A stretch of DNA of 64,000 nucleotides from Spirochaetia bacterium (GCA_034520965.1 JAXHMY010000002.1:320001-384000), one strand, 5' to 3'; numbered from the stretch's first letter, positions 30,302 through 41,850 are shown. The notes: generated from the letters alone by a model not told the origin. Numbers and translations are program-made.

Positions 30302-31846
30302 ATGCCTTCGAAAGAACAGCGACAAGCAAAAAAAGAAGAAAAAAAGAAAGCTTCTGCACAAAATACAGTTGAAAAGAAGCGGACTCAGCATCCCTTGACA
30401 TGGGCCCTGAGTGTAGTTGTATTGATAATTGTAGTGGTAGCCTTTGTTGTTGCCCCCGCTTTAGGCGGTATGGGCCAACAGAGCAGGTTGATCTTTGGTT
30501 ACTACAACGGTGAAGCTATAGAATATAAGCCCGACAGCTACTTTGCCCGGCAGCGGGACGCCTATGCCGAACAAATCGAACAACAGTCAGATCAAAACTC
30601 CGACAACTTCCAGTGGCAGGCGCTGCAGGTATGGAAAGGTGCCTTTGATTCCACGGTAGTTCATACGGCCATTCTTCAGCAGGCCGAGAAAAGCGGCTTG
30701 GTAATCTCGGAGAAGAAACTCGATCGTAATATTGCACAGTACGGGCCTTACCGCGAAAACGGGAAGTTCAGCGCCGAGCTGTACAGGAATGCTTCCAACG
30801 CTGAAAAAACGGCTACCCGCGAGCTTTTCAATGAGAACCTAATCCACGATCAATGGACACAGGATATTTCCAATATTCCCTCACCGGAAGCCGAAAAAAA
30901 GTTTATGCTGGGCATGACCAGTCCCGAACGCAAGTTTCGCTATGTCGACTTTTCACTGAACAACTTCCCCGACCAAAGGGTGATTGACTTTGCCGAAGAA
31001 AACAGCCGGCTGTTTCAGAAGATGAAACTCAGCCGAATATCCCTGCGTATGGACGAGAGCGAGGCTAAACAGATCTATCAGCAACTGGAGGAATCTCCCA
31101 GCCGCTTTGAGGAACTTGCCCAGAACCACTCCTCCGACGAGAACGCCGAGAAGGGCGGTGATATGGGCTGGGTACGCTACCATGAGCTGGCCGGCATGTT
31201 TGAAGACAGCAGCAAAGCCGACCCGATCTTTGCACTTGAAAAGAGTGAGATTTCCGGTTTGGTAGAAACCTCCTTTGGCTGGGCCATTTACCGAAGCGAC
31301 GAGGAAGCCATGGTACCCGATTTTACCGACGAGGATGAAATTGCGGCAGCACGCTCCTACTTAATCCGCAACGAACGGGGTCAGGTTGAGGACTACTTTA
31401 TCAATCGTGCCAATAGTTTTGTAGCCGATGCTGAAGAAGCGGGTTTTTCGACTGCTGCAGCGGCAGCCAATCTTTCCCCTGCCGAAACAAAATACTTTCC
31501 AATTAACTACGGAGAGAGCTTCTTCCTAAAACCGATTCAAATTGAAAATGAAAATGGAAGTGGTATCCTGCAACGGGCTCAATCGAACCAGCGGATACTT
31601 ACCAGCCTTTTTTCCGTGGGGCAGAACGATTTTACCGAACCCTTTGTTCTGGGCAACTCGGTAGTCGTAGCCCAGCTGCTTGATGAACGCCAGGCTCCCG
31701 AAGAGGAAGTAGAGCAAATAGCCAATTACCACTCTTACATTATACAAAACTTCCAGCGTGAAGAAATTCAAACTCACTTTCTGCAATCAGACAAACTAGA
31801 GGACAACTTTATGCAGGTGTTCTCTAAACATTTCCTAAGTTCTTAG
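30302..31846 (+). CDS. SurA/PpiD-like peptidyl-prolyl isomerase chaperone
   Basis: N-terminal TM; rotamase FEELAQNHSSD..AEKGGDMGW and VETSFGW. Confidence 0.85.
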   Translation: MPSKEQRQAKKEEKKKASAQNTVEKKRTQHPLTWALSVVVLIIVVVAFVVAPALGGMGQQSRLIFGYYNGEAIEYKPDSYFARQRDAYAEQIEQQSDQNSDNFQWQALQVWKGAFDSTVVHTAILQQAEKSGLVISEKKLDRNIAQYGPYRENGKFSAELYRNASNAEKTATRELFNENLIHDQWTQDISNIPSPEAEKKFMLGMTSPERKFRYVDFSLNNFPDQRVIDFAEENSRLFQKMKLSRISLRMDESEAKQIYQQLEESPSRFEELAQNHSSDENAEKGGDMGWVRYHELAGMFEDSSKADPIFALEKSEISGLVETSFGWAIYRSDEEAMVPDFTDEDEIAAARSYLIRNERGQVEDYFINRANSFVADAEEAGFSTAAAAANLSPAETKYFPINYGESFFLKPIQIENENGSGILQRAQSNQRILTSLFSVGQNDFTEPFVLGNSVVVAQLLDERQAPEEEVEQIANYHSYIIQNFQREEIQTHFLQSDKLEDNFMQVFSKHFLSS

Positions 31847-31852
31847 TAGTAC

Positions 31853-33682
31853 GTGAACATGCAAGAACAAGCCCCCCTGCTGACCGAGGTAAGCGGGGGG
31901 ACTTCGATTGTATTTAAAAATAAGGAACTCTACAGCCGCAGTTCACCTCGCACGAGGGCCGAAGAACGGGCGGCGGCCTTTGAACTTGAAACCCACACAC
32001 TTTATATACTGGCCTCGCCACTGCTGTGGTACGGGGTCGCTGTGCTGCTTAAAAAGCTCCCGCCAAGCTCACACATTATCGCTGTTGAACAAGAGCCCCA
32101 ACTTGCCGCACTTAGCATCTCGCACCAGCCTCTTGAACTCAGCCGGAACGAGCAGCTGGACATAGGATTTTATCCGGAGGGAGGGCTTGAGGCTGAGGTT
32201 CCCGCTGGTAACAATCCTGAATCCGGCAGCGCTGAAACAGAAGGCCATGCAACTAGCAGCGCTGAAACCAAGGCTCCTGAATCCGGCGCCGCCGGAGACA
32301 TTTTTAAGTCGATACCGGCACTGGTTAAAAAACTCGGTATTGAACGCTTCCGCCGGGTGCGTTTGCTAACCCTGAACGGGGGGTATCGCCTGAACAGCCG
32401 CCGCTACACAGAGCTGGTACAACTTTTAGAAGAGGAGGTTCAGCAGTTCTGGCATAACAAGTATACCCTCATGCATATGCTGCCTCTCTGGATAAAGAAT
32501 ATTTTGCGCAACCTTGCCCTGTGTACCTTCCCGGCAGGAGCCTCGGACACGGTGCCCGAAACAAAACTATCTCACCTGGAAAGCTGTCCTCGGTTTGGTT
32601 TGCCGAAGACCTCCCTTCCGGTACTGGTTGCCGGAGCAGGCCCCAGCCTCGACACGCACATCGACTTTATCCGCCGCTATCGTGATACTATATATCTATT
32701 AGCCGTGGACACCGCCTACTCTGTGCTTCTGCAGCACGGTATTAAGCCCGACATGGTGGTGGTGCAGGAGTCTCAGTTCTACAATCTGTACGACTTCATT
32801 TACCAGCCCCGGATCGAAGCCGACATTCTGGCGGATATCAGCAGCTACCCCCAGGTCATTCGTCTCGGCGCCGGCAACATCTATTTATACGCCACCGAGT
32901 TTGTCCATACTCAGCTATTCACCCGTTTGCAAAAGGTCTCACTGCTGCCGCCCCGGATTCCCCCGCTGGGATCGGTTGGTACCACCGCTGTCCATGCCGC
33001 CCTCTCTATCACCGACTCAACGGTAATTCTGGCGGGCATCGATTTCGCCTTTCCCCCGGGCCAGACCCATGCCCGCGGCGCCCCCCGCCATCAGCTGAAC
33101 CTGCAGCACAGCCACCGCTTTCTGGGAATCGAGGATATGTGGCCTCGCACCACCAAGGGTGTCACACGCACTCCAGACGCCTCGGATGCCTTGGGAGTTC
33201 CACTGCGTACCACCCCAAGCCTAAGGCGCTATGCAGATAATTTTACGCGTGTATTTCATTCTTTGGATCGGATGCTCTTGTTAAAGCCCCGGGGCTTACC
33301 CTTAGGTATACCGGAGCTCACGCAAGCTGAACTTGCCCCTTATCTCTCGTCGGTAGAAAAACGGTTAATGCCCCATCCTTCTCCATCCCTGCCCGCCATG
33401 GGCGATAGTGAGGCTGTTGAGGGCTTTCTACAGCGCGAACAGAAGCTGCTGCATTCAATTTACACCCAAGGATTAGCCTTTCTTGAGGGACGGCTGTCGG
33501 AAGCGGAACTTTCGAAGCTGTCCTTGGATATACACCGCTGCGAGTATCTGTTTCTGCATTTCCCTGAAACAGGGCCAAGCCTGCGCAAGCTGGAGCCGGC
33601 CATGATAAAACGGATAATGGTTACTGCCGGCCACTACATTCGGGTGATCGACGAGGCGCTGGAGCTTATTCCTCGCTCTTAA
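31853..33682 (+). CDS. MAF_flag10/DUF115 (motility-associated factor-like) protein
   Basis: [23 protein letters not shown] and LAGIDFAF motifs. Confidence 0.8.
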   Translation: MNMQEQAPLLTEVSGGTSIVFKNKELYSRSSPRTRAEERAAAFELETHTLYILASPLLWYGVAVLLKKLPPSSHIIAVEQEPQLAALSISHQPLELSRNEQLDIGFYPEGGLEAEVPAGNNPESGSAETEGHATSSAETKAPESGAAGDIFKSIPALVKKLGIERFRRVRLLTLNGGYRLNSRRYTELVQLLEEEVQQFWHNKYTLMHMLPLWIKNILRNLALCTFPAGASDTVPETKLSHLESCPRFGLPKTSLPVLVAGAGPSLDTHIDFIRRYRDTIYLLAVDTAYSVLLQHGIKPDMVVVQESQFYNLYDFIYQPRIEADILADISSYPQVIRLGAGNIYLYATEFVHTQLFTRLQKVSLLPPRIPPLGSVGTTAVHAALSITDSTVILAGIDFAFPPGQTHARGAPRHQLNLQHSHRFLGIEDMWPRTTKGVTRTPDASDALGVPLRTTPSLRRYADNFTRVFHSLDRMLLLKPRGLPLGIPELTQAELAPYLSSVEKRLMPHPSPSLPAMGDSEAVEGFLQREQKLLHSIYTQGLAFLEGRLSEAELSKLSLDIHRCEYLFLHFPETGPSLRKLEPAMIKRIMVTAGHYIRVIDEALELIPRS

Positions 33683-35468
33683 GCACCGAGACAAAGGCCG
33701 ACTGGGGCAGCTCTACATTTCCAACCATCTTCATCCGCTTTTTACCCTCTTTCTGCTTTTCCAATAGCTTGCGCTTACGGCTGATATCTCCGCCGTAGCA
33801 CTTGGAGGTTACATCTTTGCGGAGGGCATTGATAGTCTCCCGGGCTATAACGGTATTCCCAATAGTTCCCTGCAGAGGAATTTTGAACTGCTGCCGGGGT
33901 ATCTCGTCCTTCAGTTTTCGGCAAATAGTACGGGCCCGGGAAACAGCATTATCCTTATGCACCAGCTGGCTCAAGGCATCCACCGGTTCGCCGTTTACCA
34001 GAATATCGAGTTTCACCAGCTCGGTTCGCTTATAAGGTCCGATTTCGTAATCGAAGGAGGCAAAGCCCCGGCTCACCGATTTAAGCTTGTCGTAAAAGTC
34101 GAAGAGTACCTCCGCCAGAGGCATCTCGTAGGTTACCTCAACCCGCTTTTCATCCAGATAGTTCATAGCCTTCTGAATGCCCCGTTTCTCCAGACAAATC
34201 TGAATTATGTTGCCCAGATATTCGGCGGGAGTGATAATGGCTGCGTCAATGTAGGGCTCTTCGGCATACTCAACCTTGGTGCTGTCCGGATACTCAAGGG
34301 GATTGTCCACGTCGATTACCTCGCCGCTGTTTCAGGTGAACCTTGTAGCGGACCGAAGGAGCGGTGAGAATAATTGAAAGGTCAAACTCCCGTTCAATCC
34401 GCTCCTGCACTACTTCCAGGTGCAGCAGCCCTAAAAAGCCGCAGCGAAAGCCGAAACCCAGGGCCGCGGAGGAATCCTTCTCGTAAATAAGGGAGGCGTC
34501 GTTCAGTTTCAGCTTATCGATGGCCGTTCGCAGCTCTTCGTAGTCGTTGGTGTCAATCGGATAAATGGAGGAGAAAACCACCGGTTTGACCTCTTTGAAG
34601 CCCTTCTGCGGTTCCGCACAGGGGTGCTTGTCGTTGGTCACGGTGTCACCAATACGAACATCTTCAATGTTTTTTATGCCGGCAATCAGATAGCCCACCT
34701 GTCCGGCATTAAGATTTTCACCCTTCTCCAGTCCCAGCCTGAAAATTCCGGTCTCTTCAATGGTATAGGTGGTGTTGTTCCACCACAGGCGAATCACGTC
34801 GCCGGCCTTCATAGTCCCTTCAAACACACGGACGTGAATAATTACCCCGCGGTAGGCATCATACTTGGAGTCGAATATCAGGGCTTTTAGGGGCTGGTCG
34901 TCGGTTCCGGAGGGGGCCGGTATATGATGAACAAGAGCCTCCAGCAGGTCATTGACCCCCTCCCCTGATTTTGCCGATACCAGCACCGCATCATCCGGGT
35001 CCAGCCCCAGGTCGTGCTCGATTTCTCGTTTTACCATCTCAATATCGGCACTGGGCAGGTCGATTTTATTAATCACCGGTATTATTTCCAGGTCTAGTTC
35101 AACGGCCATATACATATTGGCAAAGGTCTGCGCCTCAACCCCCTGGCTGGCGTCAATCAACAGCAGCGCCCCCTCGCAGGAGGAGATAGCCCGGGAAACT
35201 TCGTAGGCAAAATCAACATGTCCCGGAGTATCAACCAGGTTCAGTTCGTAGATATTCCCGTCATCCGCCTCATAGGGCATGGTAATTGCCTGGGATTTGA
35301 TGGTAATACCCCGCTCACGTTCAATATCCATATTATCGAGATATTGCTCCTTAAAATTACGGGCCTCAACTATCTTAGCCTTTTCGATAAACCTATCGGC
35401 TAGGGTAGATTTCCCATGGTCTATATGGGCTATTATGCAGAAGTTGCGGATAAATTCTTTAGGTGTAT
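33666..35468 (-). CDS. lepA: Elongation factor 4 LepA, 3' exon (first 4 nt ATGA at 37342-37339; frameshift ~34331)
   Basis: [32 protein letters not shown] and [25 protein letters not shown] motifs. Confidence 0.95.
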
Positions 35469-37338
35469 GTAGAGTAGACATACTATCGCCTTCCTTCATT
35501 AAGGGGGTTACGATAGCATGCCCCTCCCAGAACCGTACGTGCGCAACTAACGCATACGGCTCCTAGCACTAAACATTCGACCATTGCCAGATGTCTTTGC
35601 AAATTCTGCGGTCTTGGTATTAATTTCCATATCTTTTCAAACGTCTCCCAATTTATCTTGTGCTTCTGACCTCTCCGCCTTAGAGCCTTATACAGCGTGT
35701 ATCTGATGTATTTATAGAACTTGTACAGCCCTATTCAGATTTCCGTTGACCCCATAGTAATTGTAGTGCCCAACCAGTTTCCGGCTTAGTGCTCTCACAA
35801 TCTCCATGACAGGTCGATGCATATTCCATCTAATCCACTGCTTTGCGCTCTCGCGTTTAGCCTTCAGCTTCTTCTTGCTAGTGAGGTGCAGAACTGTGTA
35901 CTTACCAGTCCTTGTACTGGCATTTCACGTGGGTGAATCCAGAGATCAAATGTCTCCTTGGTTCCTTTGTACCTTCCAAATGGAATAATCCTTGTCTTCT
36001 CTTCGGCCACCGTTAGCTTGAACTTTGCAAGCCTTTTAAGCATCACCTCGTAGAATCTTTTCGCATCATCCTCGTACTGGAACAATACCACATAGTCATC
36101 CGCATAACGGTATAAGTATGCCTCACCCCTCAAACACCTTTTCACTACCTTCTCAAACCACAAGTCGAGTACGTAATGAAGATAGACGTTAGCCAGCACC
36201 GGCGAAATAAGCCCTCCTTGCGGAGTCCCCTTGTCGCTGTCGCTGACGTTCCCATTCTCCATGATCCCCGCCTTGAGAAATCTTACTACATAACGGATGA
36301 AATTCTTGTCCTGTATATCGTTCTCAAGAAACTTCACCAGCCATTCGTGGTCGACATTGTCAAAGAACCCTTTGATGTCGGCATCAAGAATATAATTTAC
36401 CTTCTTAGTCATGATCGTTTGGTTTATCTCCCGTATTACATCATGACAATTCCGATTCGGCCTGAACCCGTAGGAACAGTCCAGAAACCTCGGCTCGTAT
36501 ATCTCAGTCAGCACCTTCGCCATTATTCCCTGTACGAGTTTGTCCTCATACGCCGGGATTCCCAGCGGTCGTACCGTGCCATCCGTCTTGGGTATGTATG
36601 TTCTTCTCACCGCCTGCGGTCTGTAGCTGAAGGATTTCATCCGTCCAAGCAATGCATCCACATGCTCTTCCAGTCCGGACTCATAGCTCTCCTTCGTCGC
36701 TCCGTCTATGCCTGCGGCTTTTCCTCTGACCTGCGCCCGATGCTCTGCCTTCAGATTCTCCCTGTTGACGTAGTGCATGAGCGTCTGCATCTTTGCGTGA
36801 CTCTCCGACAACCTCCTCAACTCCCCATAGCTATTTTCCACTCTTTCAGAACCTCCAGTGTTCCTGGTGTTGGCCACAAGAAATACGTTTAATGCCCAGA
36901 CCCCTTCGCTCCACCGACTTTCACCGGTTTCATCGCTACTATGAGTCTGTCCGATTGCTGATGCCCCATACAGGTTTCTTGACTCCTCGCCTTTACGTCC
37001 CCTCTTAGTCCAACGGACAGGACATCAGCCCTCCCAGGTACGCTTGATCTACCTTGTGTGCTCGCCATGCTCTCAGACCCCGTTGGGTTCTCTGCACTCT
37101 CGCCTTTTTCCGAGCGCTTCTTGCTGGTTGCTGTCATATGAAAAACATCACCACCCAATCTTTATACTAACGAGGCTCAATCACGTTCAACCTTTCGGCT
37201 TATGGCTCTCACACTCCTTTGCCTACGCTTAAACCTCACCTCACGGCTTCGGCTCCAAGGCTAAGTACCGGCTGTTGGCTAGACTTTACCGGACAGGGTG
37301 TCTCACCCTGCTATATATCAAACGCCGAACTGGCGCAC
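35469..37338 (-). mobile_element. Group II intron (1870 nt) inserted after nt 4 of lepA
   Basis: 5' GTGCG at 37338; domain V GAGCCGTATGCG...CACGTACGGTTC; domain VI with bulged A ending CTACTCTAC at 35469; RT ORF inside; exon ligation restores ATG AAT ACA CCT. Confidence 0.92.
35569..36841 (-). CDS. ltrA: Group II intron reverse transcriptase/maturase, no endonuclease domain (3' frameshifts)
   Basis: RPLGIP, SYGFRP, DADIKGFFD, GTPQGG and YADD motifs; X domain GHYNYYGV in a shifted frame; GTG 36841 with GGAGGT RBS. Confidence 0.9.
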
Positions 37339-37349
37339 TCATTGGGTTT

Positions 37350-37378
37350 ACTATAGCTTAATATTCGATCTTCATCAA
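37350..37378 (-). promoter_or_regulatory. lepA promoter (leaderless spacing)
   Basis: TTGATG-17-TATAGT, 7 nt before ATG 37342; no SD sequence. Confidence 0.6.
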
Positions 37379-37395
37379 CAAAGCCGGCCCATTAA

Positions 37396-37533
37396 CAGCG
37401 ATTCTCAATTTGGAAGTCTTCTGACTTCCAAATTGAATTCACATGCAAATGCTTGAAATTTTTATATATCTTAACTTTGGAGGCATTCTCAATTTGGATA
37501 GCGTAATTACACTATCCAAATTGAGAATTGCTG
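37396..37533. mobile_element. MITE copy 2 (diverged)
   Basis: 19-bp TIR cagcgattctcaatttgga/tccaaattgagaattgctg (1 mismatch); perfect 9-bp duplication gcccattaa. Confidence 0.85.
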
Positions 37534-37552
37534 GCCCATTAAAGAAAGAGTG

Positions 37553-39484
37553 TCAGTCTGTATAGGTGTCATCAAGCACCTCGCGTACCACTTTGACAAA
37601 AACTTCGGGTGAGAAAGGTTTGGATATAAAGGGAAATTCAAAATCCGACCCCAAATCAGACTCGCTGCCCTCTGTCTGCGCGGAGTTGTGCTTATGAGGG
37701 TATCCCGACATGTAGATAACCTTGGTGCTGGGGCGTAGTTCGAGAAAATGTTTCGAAAGCTCTTCTCCGCCCATTCGCGGCATAACCAAATCAGTAACCA
37801 GCACATCAAACTTATGCTCCTCGCTCCTGGCCAACTCTAAAGCTGTTTCAGGGCCGTCCGCTAAATACACGGTATATCCGTACAACTTCAAAATACGCTC
37901 AACGAGGTTTCGAAGACTCTTTTCGTCTTCCACCACTAGTACCGTTTCCGTTCCGGAGTAAGAGGGTTCCATACCTCTCTTACGCGTAGGGGCTTTCTCG
38001 GTACTGCGATACAAGGGCAAAAGGATCCAAAAGGTCGAGCCCTCATTGGGCTCCGTTTCAACCTGCAGATACCCATTGCTCTGCTTTACGATTCCGTACA
38101 CGGTTGAGAGACCGAGTCCGGTGCCCTTCTCTTCCGACTTAGTAGTAAAAAAAGGTTCAAATATCATCTTAAGCATATGAGACTCAATTCCCACCCCAGT
38201 ATCTCGTACCGCGGCGCATACATAATTTCCCGGAGGTACTTTTCCCATCGGTGAGGGTTCCGGACTATCAACTTGATAATTCGTAGTTCGGATTGTGATG
38301 CGCCCCCCCTGGGCCATAGCATCCCGGGCATTTACAATCAAATTCATCAGCACCTGCTCAATTTGTCCGGGATCTACCCATACTGTATCCGGATCAGCGC
38401 TTAAGTTAAGGTACATTCCAAATTCTTCGGTAACCAAACGGCGCATCATTTTTTCAAGATTATGAATCAGTTCGTTCATATGAACTTGTTTTGGTTTTAG
38501 AATCTGCCTGCGACTGAAGGCCAGCAGCTGCCGAGTAAGGGTCGAAGCCCGTTTGGCAGCCTCTTGGATGCCCGACACCTCATTTTCAATAGCCGTATCC
38601 TGCTTCACAAGCTTTTCTTGAACAATAGTACTGTAGCCAAGAATGACCGTGAGGATATTGTTAAAGTCGTGGGCTACCCCGCCCGCAAGCCGGCCAACTG
38701 CCTCCAGTTTTTGCGCCTGCCGCAGCTGCTGTTCGAGGTTTTTACGGGTGCTAATATCTATAAGGTAGCCGTTTATCTCTGTAATAGCGTCGCTTTCATC
38801 GGTATCTGCAACAACATTAGCCAGCAAATTCAATTTACTGCCGTCGGCGCGCAGCAAATCCAGCTCATGCAGAACTAAACGCTTATGCTGCTTAAGCTGC
38901 TTCCAGAAATCAGCTGCCTGACTTTCATCGGGAAAGCGGGAATTTAAGTAAGTACCCTCGACTTCAGCCGCATTTTTAAACCCGAAATAATCTACAAAGG
39001 AGTGATTACAGGCTAAAAAAACGCCCTGAGCATCGGCTACAAAATCTGCGGATACATCTTCCTCAAACAGCCGGCGGTAACGCTCCTCGCTTTCCTGTAG
39101 TTGAGTTTCAAGTTTGTGACGAAACAGGGCCATTTCGATATTAGTACGCAGTTCCCTCTCTTCGAAGGGTTTTATAATATAACCGAAGGGTTCAATGAAC
39201 TTAGCCCGTTCGATCGTTTTTTCGTCGGCATAAGCGGTAAGTATGATAACCGGCACACGGAATTGTTCACGAATTATCTGAGCAGCTTCGATACCATCCA
39301 TCTTACCCTGAAGACGGATGTCCATCAGTACTAAATCGGGTGCTTCAGTTTTGAATTGAGAAATAGCTTCTTCACCCGACGCATGGGAGCCTACTACTTT
39401 GTATCCGAAGGACTCTAAATGCCGACGAATATCAAGAGCTACAACCCCTTCGTCTTCTACAATTTGTACTTTAAGCTGGGCCAT
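37553..39484 (-). CDS. Hybrid histidine kinase REC-PAS-HisKA-HATPase-REC
   Basis: VEDE/LMDI receiver, AHDFNN, GTGLGL, C-terminal receiver. Confidence 0.92.
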   Translation of the reverse strand: MAQLKVQIVEDEGVVALDIRRHLESFGYKVVGSHASGEEAISQFKTEAPDLVLMDIRLQGKMDGIEAAQIIREQFRVPVIILTAYADEKTIERAKFIEPFGYIIKPFEERELRTNIEMALFRHKLETQLQESEERYRRLFEEDVSADFVADAQGVFLACNHSFVDYFGFKNAAEVEGTYLNSRFPDESQAADFWKQLKQHKRLVLHELDLLRADGSKLNLLANVVADTDESDAITEINGYLIDISTRKNLEQQLRQAQKLEAVGRLAGGVAHDFNNILTVILGYSTIVQEKLVKQDTAIENEVSGIQEAAKRASTLTRQLLAFSRRQILKPKQVHMNELIHNLEKMMRRLVTEEFGMYLNLSADPDTVWVDPGQIEQVLMNLIVNARDAMAQGGRITIRTTNYQVDSPEPSPMGKVPPGNYVCAAVRDTGVGIESHMLKMIFEPFFTTKSEEKGTGLGLSTVYGIVKQSNGYLQVETEPNEGSTFWILLPLYRSTEKAPTRKRGMEPSYSGTETVLVVEDEKSLRNLVERILKLYGYTVYLADGPETALELARSEEHKFDVLVTDLVMPRMGGEELSKHFLELRPSTKVIYMSGYPHKHNSAQTEGSESDLGSDFEFPFISKPFSPEVFVKVVREVLDDTYTD

Positions 39485-39889
39485 TTAGCCGTCCACCGCA
39501 ATGCCGATTTTTTTTAATTCCTGCATCATCTTTACGTTCTCTATGGGTTTTACCAGATACGTGTCGGCATGTCCCTCATGAAGGGCTTTCAATACGTAGT
39601 TGGGGTCGCTCAAGGCTGTAGTCATAACCACCTTCGCTGCCTCACTTTGTTTCACACTCCGCTCGTTTTCAATCATTCGCATTTTTTTCAAAGCATCCTG
39701 ACCATTCAGTTTCGGCAGCATTATATCCAAAAAGATCAAGTGGAAAGGCTCCCCAGAGTCTAATGCCGATTTAAACATCTCTACCGCAGTTTCTCCATCC
39801 TCAGCAATATGTATTTCACCTAACGGTTCGAGAAACTGCTGCAACAAAAACCGTCCTGCAACATCATCTTCAACTATCAGGATCCTCAT
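39485..39889 (-). CDS. Single-domain response regulator (CheY-like)
   Basis: VEDD, LDIMLP, MTTA and KP motifs. Confidence 0.9.
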   Translation of the reverse strand: MRILIVEDDVAGRFLLQQFLEPLGEIHIAEDGETAVEMFKSALDSGEPFHLIFLDIMLPKLNGQDALKKMRMIENERSVKQSEAAKVVMTTALSDPNYVLKALHEGHADTYLVKPIENVKMMQELKKIGIAVDG

Positions 39890-39964
39890 TAAATCACCTC
39901 TACACCTATTGTATACTGCTATTCAAGCTTTTTCAAACAGTGGAAGAATAAGCTCTTAGAAAAA

Positions 39965-41829
39965 CTAAGGTGCTCCTGCATTGGCTTCCCTTAACTCCTG
40001 TAGAATTTTCTGTACCTTCGCGCCATTTTTGCTTCGACAAGCCATCATAAGCTTGAACAGACGTCCGGAGGTATCCTGATCCTGGATCTGTTGAGCAATT
40101 TTTCGAATCCGCTGTGCCTCCTCCTCAAGCTGGTCATACTCGGTGCTCTGTAAATTCTCTGCATCCACTGTATATAAACCCGAGAGCAGATCCTGCAGCT
40201 CGCCAAGCATATATGCTTGCTTGTGCTCTTTCTGCTGCTCCTCTTGCGGATTCTTCTGTGGTGCCTCCTGTGGCACAATGAGTTGTCTCAAATAGAGAGT
40301 GTGTGCGGCGTCCGGCCACAGCTCGTCTGCAGCGCCCATCAATAGATGATTCAGCTGCTTCAGCAATTTACGTCTGAGGATAGGACTATACAAGTAAGTG
40401 GCGGCAGGGTCTTCCTGCACATTTTTCCGGCTGCTGCGGACAAGATATAACAGTCTCGTTGGAGAAACGCCCATCTCTCTGAGGCTTTTTCCGATTCTAT
40501 GGCATACGGTGAGGGTATCCTCAATCACAAATAGACTCCCGGAGGCTAGCTTGTATTCACCTGATCTGTCAGGGATAGTAAGGGGTACCCCCCAAGTCTG
40601 AAATTGGCGCCGTCGTATTTCGGTGGTGAAAGAATTTGAACTTAAATAAAACACCGGGGGAGCGCTGCGGAAATCCGGAGAATCTAAAACCTCTCTGTCA
40701 TCAAGGTCTCCAGGTTCAAGCTGCAGCCTAAAGGTAAACTCGCTCCCTTCACCTACGGTCGAGGAAAAGTCGATGGTACCGCCCATAAGGTGAATCGTAT
40801 CATTCACAATCGCCAAACCCAATCCGGCTCCATCATGGGCACGGGTAGAGGTACTGTCCACCTGATGAAATGATTTAAACACATTCTGCCGTTCCGATTC
40901 GGGAATTCCGCATCCGGTATCACGAATCCGACCGGCTAGAACTATTTTATCTTTGTGTACCTCATCAGGTTCGGTTTTTACCTTCAAATGCACCCAGCCA
41001 GTGTTCGGTCAAATTTAACAGCGTTACTCAGCAGGTTTACCAGTACTTGCTCTACTTTGTCCGAATCACCGTGAAGATGAAAACGGCTAGTTTCATCTAT
41101 CTCAATATATACACCCAAGTTCTTCTTCTGTATCTGAGTCCAGAGTTTGTTTATCGAATTCTCGAATAGCTCGTCCAGATAAAAATCATGTGTATTGATA
41201 ACAACCTTACCCGCTTCTACTCTAGAAAACTCTAGGAGTGAATCGATCATGGTCAAAAGGTTCCTCCCAGAGCTCTCTATAATCTGCAAATACTCCTTCT
41301 GCTCCTCGGGCTCATTGGTTTTTTGTGCCAACTGGGTCATCCCAAGGATACTGTTCAGGGGGGTTCGAAGTTCATGACTCACATTCGCTAAAAAGCCACT
41401 TTTCGCCCGGCTTCCCGCTTCGGCTTTTTCTTTTGCCGCTATCAACTCTTGCTCAATTTTGTATTTATACAAGGCCATTTCAATGGTGGAGTAAATCTCC
41501 CGTTCCTGAAAAGGTTTAAGAATATATCCGAAGGGTTCGGTTACCTTCGCCCGGGCTAGGGTGGTTTCATCGGAATAGGCGGTAATATAAATTACGGGAG
41601 TCCCTAGGGTACTTTTGATGCGTTCAGCAGCCTGGATACCATCCATATTCCCCTTAAGGTGAATATCCATCAGGATCAGATCCGGTTTCTCTTGTTCTGC
41701 CTTCGTTACGGCATCTTCTCCCGACAGAACATGCTCTATTACCGAATACCCAAGCGCATTGAGCCGTCGCTCCATATCCATAGCCACAATGCTTTCATCT
41801 TCTACGAGTAAAATTCGTACGGATGCCAT
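39965..41829 (-). CDS. Hybrid histidine kinase REC-HisKA-HATPase with degenerate C-terminal domains (frameshift ~41000)
   Basis: SHELRTPL, NLLSNAVKF, DTGCGI and GAGLGL motifs across ORFs 40984-41829 and 39965-40993. Confidence 0.85.
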
Positions 41830-41850
41830 AAAACTACCCCATAATTGTTA

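Noticed and set aside
35569..36877. RT as a retron, DGR or defence RT
   Set aside because: It has a maturase X domain and is flanked by a GTGCG 5' end and domains V/VI, so it is a group II intron RT
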